NCBI GenBank assembly: GCA_046581755.1
Contig: JAYGFR010000293.1
Location: 1-15,690 of the forward strand
Source: Nitrospinota bacterium
Lineage (GTDB): Bacteria > UBA8248
Reading direction: 5' to 3'
Length of the DNA: 15,690 nt
Shown: piece after piece, positions 9,581 through 15,690 of the stretch
Position numbering within the stretch: the first letter of the stretch is position 1
Layout: each line of letters starts with the position of its first letter
Program-made: the position numbers and the translations under genes
The notes under the pieces: generated by a model
Told to the model about the DNA's origin: nothing
Seen by the model: only the letters and a program-made list of their open reading frames with translations
The model's database searches: none

Positions 9581-9589
9581 ATCATACCA
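9581..9589 (-). promoter_or_regulatory. possible extended -10 promoter for the FAH/aminotransferase genes
   Basis: Minus strand TGGTATGAT (TGnTATGAT), about 60 nt upstream of the FAH start. No clear -35 element. Confidence 0.35.
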
Positions 9590-9739
9590 CTCCCGGCCCC
9601 TGGAACAGACCCGCCCGCCCCCACCGCCGGGCCCGGGCGCCCTCGCCAGCTGGAAAATTAAAGTTTCCGTTACAAATCAAGTATTTGAGTGATTCTAAAT
9701 AAAACTGCCCCTTAGAGACTCACGCATCCACCCCGCGCA

Positions 9740-10080
9740 TCAGCGCCGCCACGCCGTCCGCTCCTCCCCGGCCGGCAGGCTTGCGCTGTTTCGGTCGGGG
9801 CCGCCGGGTTCATCCGGTTTCGAATCGCTGTGCTCGATAATCCGCGCGGGCCGGCAGATGGCCCCGTACATCCCCCCCGTCGCGAAGCACCGGTAAAGAT
9901 CGCCCGTCTTGACGTCGAGCCACCAGGCGTTGGCCACCCTCTGGCCCGGAGTGGCCGCAATCTGATACCAGCCGCCCGGCCAGGCAGGGGCGGGACCGGC
10001 GCGGTTTGCCCTAATTGGTTCAAGACGATGGCGCCCGCCAGGATACCCGCGGCGGCGACGATGGCTTGTGGGTAGTTCAT
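9740..10080 (-). pseudogene. small exported/membrane-anchored hypothetical protein, apparently frameshifted
   Basis: The signal-like N-terminus MNYPQAIVAAAGILAGAIVL (GGAGG RBS) is in one frame. The protein-like continuation GGWYQIAATPGQRVANAWWLDVKTGDLYRCF...C is in another frame ending at 9740. The switch is near 9985-10005. Confidence 0.5.
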
Positions 10081-10231
10081 GCTCTTCATCCCTCCAAGTC
10101 GAAAATCCGTGGCCGGCCGGTGTTTGGGGTGAAACCGGAGATGAACCGGAGACTGGTGGATGCGCGGCCGGTGTGGGTCATCCATTAAAACTGCATGGGT
10201 CATCCTTTAAACTACAGCGGAGGGGCCGGAT

Positions 10232-10351
10232 TTATTCCACGCGCGCGAAGCGGAGAAAGGCCGGAGCCCACCTCACCAGCGGATCGCCGGCCCCCTCCTC
10301 CTCGTAATAAATATTGATCTTCCCCGGGCTCTCCAGGATCAGTGTCGGCAC
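10232..10351 (-). pseudogene. N-terminal remnant of an alpha/beta hydrolase (39 codons)
   Basis: AAGGAG RBS plus GTG start gives MPTLILESPGKINIYYEEEGAGDPLV-RWAPAFLRFARVE*. The first 26 aa match the typical IYYEExGxGxPLV(LLHG) hydrolase start, then the similarity stops abruptly. Confidence 0.6.
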
Positions 10352-10593
10352 AAAGAAATCTCCTTCATTGCGAACTTATAAACCGAATTTATGGGTATTC
10401 CACATTTTTACGCCTTAGAATATTTCGTCGACAATTAAAACCTTCGGTAAACGCTGCATGTTCAGCTAGCGGTCCTCGTACATATGAAAGCGCTTGCGCG
10501 GGGTCTCGCTCTTTTATACCTTCACCACTATCGGTATTTTGAGACGGAATTTGGGGCCGATGGTCCCATTATCTCATAATGGAAATTCCAGAG

Positions 10594-11346
10594 ATGAAAA
10601 CCATCAACACAATTGAAGAACTCGAGGACCTCTACGGAAAGCCTCGGGAACCCTCCATCATAAAGGAAACCGATCTTATCATCCCCCACTACCGCACGTT
10701 GATCGAGGCCTCCCCTTTCGTGGCGGTCGCGACTGGTGGGCCCGAGGGGCTTGATTGCTCTCCGCGCGGAGACGAACCCGGCTTCGTGCGCGTCCACGAC
10801 GAGCGAACGCTGATGCTTCCCGACCGGCATGGCAACAACCGAATCGACTCGTTTCGTAACATCGTCCATGATCCGCGCGTGGCGCTTCTTTTTCTGATAC
10901 CCGGCTCCGGCAACACCCTCCGGGTAAATGGCAATGCGCGAATCGCCACCGAACCCGCTCTTCTCGAATCCTTCGTATCTCACGGTAAAGCGCCGAGATC
11001 CGTGCTCGTGGTAACGGTCGAATCAATATATATTCAGTGCGCCAGGGCCATCATCCGCTCGGATTTATGGAACCCCGGTAAGCACGTCGAGCCGGACACC
11101 CTACCCACTCCGGGGCAGATACTCGATGCGCTGTGTGGGGGCCGCGTGGATGGCGAGAAATACGACCGGGAGTGGCCCGAGTGCGCCAAGCGGACAATGT
11201 GGCGAGAACTCCTCCCGGCGAAAATTCACGCCGGCCTAGATGACTTCTTCCTCTTTCAGCCGGGCAATCTCTTCCGAATCGAGGCCGAGGAGGCCGCCGA
11301 AAATCTCATCGTGTGCGCGCCGATGAGGGGCGCCGGGCGCTCGTAG
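10594..11346 (+). CDS. pyridoxamine 5'-phosphate oxidase-like FMN-binding protein (MSMEG_1061-like), probably C-terminally extended by stop loss
   Basis: Motifs DCSPRGD.PGFV, LPDRHGNNRIDS, NIVHDPRVALLFLIPG..TLRVNG and QCARAIIRSDLW. The family-like sequence ends at ...KRTMW (11202). The start could be 10579 or 10594. Confidence 0.88.
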   Translation: MKTINTIEELEDLYGKPREPSIIKETDLIIPHYRTLIEASPFVAVATGGPEGLDCSPRGDEPGFVRVHDERTLMLPDRHGNNRIDSFRNIVHDPRVALLFLIPGSGNTLRVNGNARIATEPALLESFVSHGKAPRSVLVVTVESIYIQCARAIIRSDLWNPGKHVEPDTLPTPGQILDALCGGRVDGEKYDREWPECAKRTMWRELLPAKIHAGLDDFFLFQPGNLFRIEAEEAAENLIVCAPMRGAGRS

Positions 11347-12467
11347 CCGCCGGGGGATTTTTCCAGCTTGATGGGAAAACCCGGAGCGTGAACGCCCGGC
11401 AGCGGCCCGAGGGTGGGATGGAGGGCCTCGCCGATCATCCCGCGCTCCCGCAAATGGGGCCAGGCGAGGATTTCCCGAATATCCCGGACCGGGCCGTAGA
11501 TCACCCCGCCCTCCCGGAGGCGGTGCACGGCCTCGCCCACCTCTCGCTCTTTCGTCCACTCCCCGATGAGGGCGTCGATCTCCTCGTTGTGGGTGAGGCG
11601 GCCGGTCATGTCCGCATAGCGCGCATCGCCGATCAGATCCCCCCGTCCGATGACGCGGAGGAGATCGCGCCAGTGGCCATCGGTGCCCGTGGCGACGATG
11701 AGCCAGCCGTCCCGGGCCGGATAGGAGTTGAACGGGGAAAGCCGCATGATCCGGTTGCCCATGCGCTCGGGAAGCCCGAGTTCCTCGTAGCAGTCCATGG
11801 GCTCATCGAAGATCAGCGAGAACAGGCAGTCCGACATCGAAATATCCACGAACTGGCCCTCGCCCGTCCGCTCCCGGTGGAAGAGCGCCGTCATGATTCC
11901 GCCGAAGGCGAACGTGCCCCCGAGGCTGTCCCCGAGCGCCGATCCCGCCTTGGCGGGCGGGCCGTCCGGAAACCCGGTCAGGCTCATCAGCCCCGACGCC
12001 GCTTGGATCACCGCATCGTAGGCCTTGAGCCCGGCATCGGGCCCCGTCGCGCCGTAGCCCGTGATCGAGCAGTAAACGAGTCCGGGCCGCCCCTCCTTCA
12101 GGGAGGGATAATCGATGCCGAGCCGCTTCGCCGTCCCCGGCCCGAAGTTTTCGACGAGCACGTCCGCCGTATCCGCCAGGCGCAGGAACAGCTCCCGCCC
12201 GCGCGGAGCCTTGAGGTCGAGGGTGATGGATTTTTTGTTCCGCCCCCGCTTGAGGTAGGCGATGCCGATGTCGTCGTCGGCCTGCTTTTGAAACGAGACG
12301 CCCTTCGAGCCCACAAAGGGCGGCCGCGAGGCGATAGGGTCGTCCCCGCCCGGGGGGTTGATGCGGATCACCTCGGCCCCCAGAGCGGCCAAAAACAGCG
12401 TCGCCTGGGGCCCGGCCAGATATTGGGTCAGATCCAGGACCCGGATGCCCTCCAGGGGGTTTTTCAT
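11236..12467 (-). CDS. CaiB/BaiF (family III) CoA-transferase with a 1-nt frameshift near the C-terminus
   Basis: Motifs PLEGIRVLDLT, AGP..T..LA.LGAEVI, RNKKSITLDLK, ADVLVENFGPG, YCSITGYGATGP and GQFVDISM. The canonical tail DEIFGGLLGLDSEEIARLKEEEVI* is in another frame ending at 11236. As written, the ORF stops at 11256. Confidence 0.9.
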
Positions 12468-12477
12468 GGGGGGGATT

Positions 12478-13020
12478 CTACCCCCCCAGCAGGATCTTTT
12501 TCACCTGGGGCGCGGCGGCGGCGGCGCGGCCGCCGATCTCATCCTCGGTGAGGGTGGAGAGGGGATGGAGGACAATGACCGGATCTATGCCGTCCATCCC
12601 CAGCGCCGCGCGCTGGACGTGGGCCTCGTGCAAAAATGTTTCGGTGACGATGACCGCGGTCGGGACGCCGAGCTGCTCCAGGTAAACCCCGTCGTGCATA
12701 CAGCACGATGTGCAGGAGCCTCAGTCGCCGATGCCGGTGATGACGGCATCGTTCTCGGCCGCGATCCGTCCGATGAGCTCCGGCGCGGCGTTTTTGGAAA
12801 AGCTCTCTTTCTTGTAATAGGTCACCTCGCCCAGCCCCTCGCTGGCCTGAAGGAGGGCGATCGTCTTTTCGAGAAACCGCCGGCCGTTCCATTTCGTGTT
12901 GTCGAGAACGCCGACCCGGAGCCCTTCGAGGGAGGCCGGGCGCTTCGAGATCGGCCGGGGCTCCGCATCCACAGTGCCGCGCGGATCGTAGACGACTTGG
13001 TTCGATTCAGGTGGGTTCAT
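12478..13020 (-). CDS. UGSC-family selenoprotein (180 aa; U100-G-S-C-T-S-C-C)
   Basis: ORFs 12721..13047 and 12478..12699 are in frame across TGA 12721-12723: AVITGIGD-TGA-GSCTSCCMHDG. Also contains LEGLRVGVLDNTKWN and GVPTAVIVT..F..HP. ATG 13020 has an AAGGAG RBS. A SECIS-like hairpin follows. Confidence 0.9.
12684..12720 (-). promoter_or_regulatory. putative bacterial SECIS element of the UGSC gene
   Basis: The mRNA after UGA reads GGCUCCUGCACA-UCGUGC [UGUAU] GCACGA-CGGGGUU. This gives a 6-bp perfect upper stem (12692-12708), a G at loop position 2, the loop starting 18 nt after the UGA, and a possible lower stem. Confidence 0.7.
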
Positions 13021-13112
13021 CCGATTTTCTCCTTGTTCAGCTCTCAACTTGCCCAGAGCTTTCAGATTTCAGCGTTAAAAAACCGCCCGGAGCGTTCAGC
13101 TTTCAAATCTGC

Positions 13113-14228
13113 CTAGAGCATGCAGGTGCCGTCCACGCAAATGGCGCCCGGGGCGGGCTCGCCGCTGTCCACCGCGCGCAGGACCGGGTTGGTCATGTGC
13201 CCCCAGCCGGGGATGAACGCCGAGAAGCGGCCCGCCTCCCCGCCCACGACGAAGAGGTGGATATTCTCGGGGGACGGGACGATGGGAATCCGCGATTCGG
13301 CCTCGCGCCCATACCAGCGGGGCAGGTTGCGGTTGTACACCTTCCCGTAGCGGTGGCCAAAGCTCACGTCGGCGAAGGTGTTCTTGGTGTTCATCCAAAG
13401 AAAGCTCCGCACGTCGTGCCGGGTCCAGCCCTTTCCGGCGATGGTGGCGGCGTGTTCGGGCCCGATCACCACGGCGCACGAACCGCTGCTGACCGCGTTG
13501 TTGTGGGCGATGGTGCTCATGGCCGAGCAGATGCTCTCCAGAATCCCCTCCGGATCGTCCGATATGTGGTTGGTGACGCTGTGGGGGGCCTCGGCCGCGA
13601 TGGCGAACACCGTGCTGTCTTCGGGGGCATAGCCCTTTTCGACGTGGTAGGGCGCCCAGGGGCTGATCTCCTCGTTCTCGGCGATGCAGTAGGTGTACTT
13701 GCCCGGATGGCCGAGGGTGCTTTTGTCCAGCTCGCCCGGCCAGCCGCCGCCGGTGTTCAGGAGAATCAGCCGCACCGCCCGGCCGATCGTCGCGTTCGCC
13801 CGGTTCCCCGAGCCGAAGACGTTGCAGTCCGCGTTCATCCCGATCGCGCCCCGGATCGGGCCGTTCACGACCAGGAGCGGGCAGGCCATGTGGGTGGTCG
13901 CCTGAATCCCGTTCAGGTTGAAATGCGAATCGCAAAGCGCCCGCATCGCCGCGCGGACGACGGGCGCGTATTCGGGCAGGCATCCGGCCATGACCGCGTT
14001 GATCGCCAGGACCTCCCGGGTAAGGCTCCCCCAGCGGGGCGGCACCCGGCCCTCGAGGAAATCCGGCTCCCCGCCCAGCGCGGCCACCATCGCCTCGACT
14101 TTTTCGGGCGTGGGCGGCGCGACGGGCAGCCCGTCCGAAAACCCTCGCTCATAGTAGTGCTCGATCAGATCGGCGTCCGCATCGACGGTCTCTATTTGTG
14201 CGGCCCTTTTTTGCACGGCTTCGGGCAT
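13113..14228 (-). CDS. conserved hypothetical protein (371 aa) of the type found next to UGSC-family genes; C-terminal CxxxxC tail
   Basis: Long ORF with AAGGAG RBS. Motifs SDGLPVAPPT, AINAVMAGC.PEY.PVV, QATT, RANATIGRA.RL and LGHPGKY...AENEE.SPW. Ends in CVDGTCML. The family association is from recall. Confidence 0.85.
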   Translation of the reverse strand: MPEAVQKRAAQIETVDADADLIEHYYERGFSDGLPVAPPTPEKVEAMVAALGGEPDFLEGRVPPRWGSLTREVLAINAVMAGCLPEYAPVVRAAMRALCDSHFNLNGIQATTHMACPLLVVNGPIRGAIGMNADCNVFGSGNRANATIGRAVRLILLNTGGGWPGELDKSTLGHPGKYTYCIAENEEISPWAPYHVEKGYAPEDSTVFAIAAEAPHSVTNHISDDPEGILESICSAMSTIAHNNAVSSGSCAVVIGPEHAATIAGKGWTRHDVRSFLWMNTKNTFADVSFGHRYGKVYNRNLPRWYGREAESRIPIVPSPENIHLFVVGGEAGRFSAFIPGWGHMTNPVLRAVDSGEPAPGAICVDGTCML

Positions 14229-14262
14229 GGTTTTTCTCCTTAAACGAACTATTCGCTATTTA

Positions 14263-14709
14263 CTATTCCTGGCGCCCCAGCTTGCGGCAGAGGCGGCGGA
14301 GCTCCTCCTGCTCGGCGGCCGTCAGCGCCCCCATCTCCTCATGGATGGCGGCCACGCGCCGGGGCAGGAGCCCCTGAATCGTCCTTTTTCCCTTCGGGGT
14401 GAGGCGGACGGTCACCCGGCGGCGGTCGCGCGCGTCCCGCCCGCGCCGGACCAGCCCGGCCCGCTCGAGATTGTCCACCACCATGGTGATGTTCCCGCTC
14501 GTCTTGGACAGCTTCTCGCCGAGCTCCCGCTGGGAGAGGGGCCCCAGATGAATGAGCGCGTCCAGGGCGCTGAACTGGCTCTGGGTGATGGCTAGGCCCG
14601 CGAACTGGCCCTTCAGGCGGCCCATCACCGACTCGGCCGAGCGGACGAGGTTGATGAGCGCGCTCAGCGCCCGCGTCTCCGTCTTCGAGCCCTCATACAG
14701 GCTGCCCAT
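14263..14709 (-). CDS. MarR-family transcriptional regulator (~148 aa, MhqR-like)
   Basis: Winged HTH: ITQSQFSALDAL, GPLSQRELG, TSGNITMVVDNLERAGLVRR, DRRRVTVRLTPKG. ATG 14709 has a GAGG RBS. Confidence 0.93.
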   Translation of the reverse strand: MGSLYEGSKTETRALSALINLVRSAESVMGRLKGQFAGLAITQSQFSALDALIHLGPLSQRELGEKLSKTSGNITMVVDNLERAGLVRRGRDARDRRRVTVRLTPKGKRTIQGLLPRRVAAIHEEMGALTAAEQEELRRLCRKLGRQE

Positions 14710-14769
14710 GCGATCCTCTTTCAAGCGAAATTTATTCAGCTGTCTATATTAATACAATAACGTTAAACT

Positions 14770-14804
14770 ACTTAACATTAAGTCATTAACACGGTAGTCG
14801 TCAA
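14770..14804 (-). promoter_or_regulatory. marR operon promoter with an overlapping palindromic operator
   Basis: Minus strand TTGACG (14804-14799), 18-nt spacer, TAATGT (14780-14775). The palindrome ACTTAA-CA-TTAAGT (14770-14783) covers the -10 element. Confidence 0.65.
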
Positions 14805-14924
14805 GAAGGACTTTTCCAGGACAATCCAGGGGCTTGATTTTACAAATAACAAGAATTCGCACATAAATTATTGAAAAGAATATTTCGGACGAATCCATTC
14901 AATGAACATGGGGACAGGGCCAAC

Positions 14925-15690
14925 ATGGCAAGCTCTTATTCTCTGTATATCGATGAATCTGGAGACGAAGGGTTCCAATGGCCGGAATCGGGAGGTTCGG
15001 CAGGGAGCACGCGATGGTTTTTTTATTTCAGGCGCACTCGTTGTAACCGCCAACCGGACTTTGGCCGACAATATTGTGAATCAAATGTGCCGAATGACCG
15101 GAAAAAATGCCCGACAGAACCTTCACTGGCGGAGGCTGAAACCCGATCAAAAAGAAATTTATTCCAAGATGATCTCAGAAAGTAAAAATCTCAGGGGAAT
15201 TAACATTTGCATTTATAAGCCCGGCCTAGACCCCAAAATATTTTTAGCCGAGAGGCTTTACTTTTATTTTACGCGTCATCTTCTCGAAAGAGCGTCCTAG
15301 CTGGTTAGAGACGCTTTTGCCGGTCATGAAAGGAGAGGAATCCCAGGCGACGGCACGATGGAGTTTATTTTTCCAAGAGAAAAATATGAACTACGACGCT
15401 TTTGAATACTATATGTCCCGGCTAAGAATCGATCAAAAAACCTCAATTGCGTGGAGACACATTGGGAAAATGAGAGTGTTGGGAGCGGGCCAATCGAAAG
15501 GGCTCCAGATAGCGGACGCCTATGGCGGAGCCGCCTTCAATGCTCTTAACCCTCCATCGAGATCGGCACCCGAACCCCGATACCTGGAGATTATGAACCC
15601 AGCAATTTATTCGCGGATTGGAAACTATACAAGTTTTGGACTGAAGTTTTTCCCGCAGGCAACCAAACGGGAATTGGCATCTCAGTCCGG
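14925..15690 (+). pseudogene. DUF3800-family protein pseudogene (runs off the window end)
   Basis: N-terminal LYIDESGDEG and C-terminal GLQIADA motifs are typical of DUF3800. The reading frame is broken by an extra T in the T7 run (15018-15024), an in-frame TAG (15298-15300, ERAS*LVRD) and a missing base in the T run near 15368-15372. Visibly lower GC than its neighbours. Confidence 0.8.

Noticed and set aside
10131..10216. CRISPR array
   Set aside because: There are only two adjacent imperfect copies, with no spacers and no cas genes.
10528..10983. 151-aa minus-strand ORF
   Set aside because: It is antisense to the well-supported PPOX-family gene.
3043..12723. Genome-wide UGA reassignment (UGA as Trp or Gly) as the explanation for three in-frame TGAs
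   Set aside because: TGG is used normally for Trp. TGA appears to act as the stop at 1834 and 4834. Two of the three TGAs sit in Cys-type redox motifs. High GC is atypical of code 4/25 organisms.

Overview
GC-rich bacterial chromosome segment. A minus-strand 16S rRNA gene (3' end cut by the window) sits with its boxA and a near-consensus sigma70 promoter. It is followed by mostly minus-strand accessory catabolic/redox genes: an SdhA/NadB-like flavoprotein, an alpha/beta hydrolase, a small CxxC protein, a cysteine-dioxygenase-like cupin, two AhpD/CMD-like paralogs, a class III aminotransferase and an FAH-family hydrolase. Further on are a plus-strand PPOX-type flavoprotein, a MarR / conserved 371-aa protein / UGSC protein / CaiB-BaiF CoA-transferase operon, and a decayed DUF3800 gene. 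The main hidden signal is that two ORF pairs split in the ORF track are most likely single selenoprotein genes. One is an AhpD-like protein with C-N-Y-U (TGA 6680-6682) and the other a UGSC-family protein with U-G-S-C-T-S-C-C (TGA 12721-12723), each followed by a bacterial SECIS-like hairpin. The Sec-AhpD gene is paired with a paralog that has lost the redox motif and with a thiol-dioxygenase-like gene, suggesting an uncharacterised selenium-dependent thiol/redox module. Several other genes carry nonsense, frameshift or stop-loss lesions.
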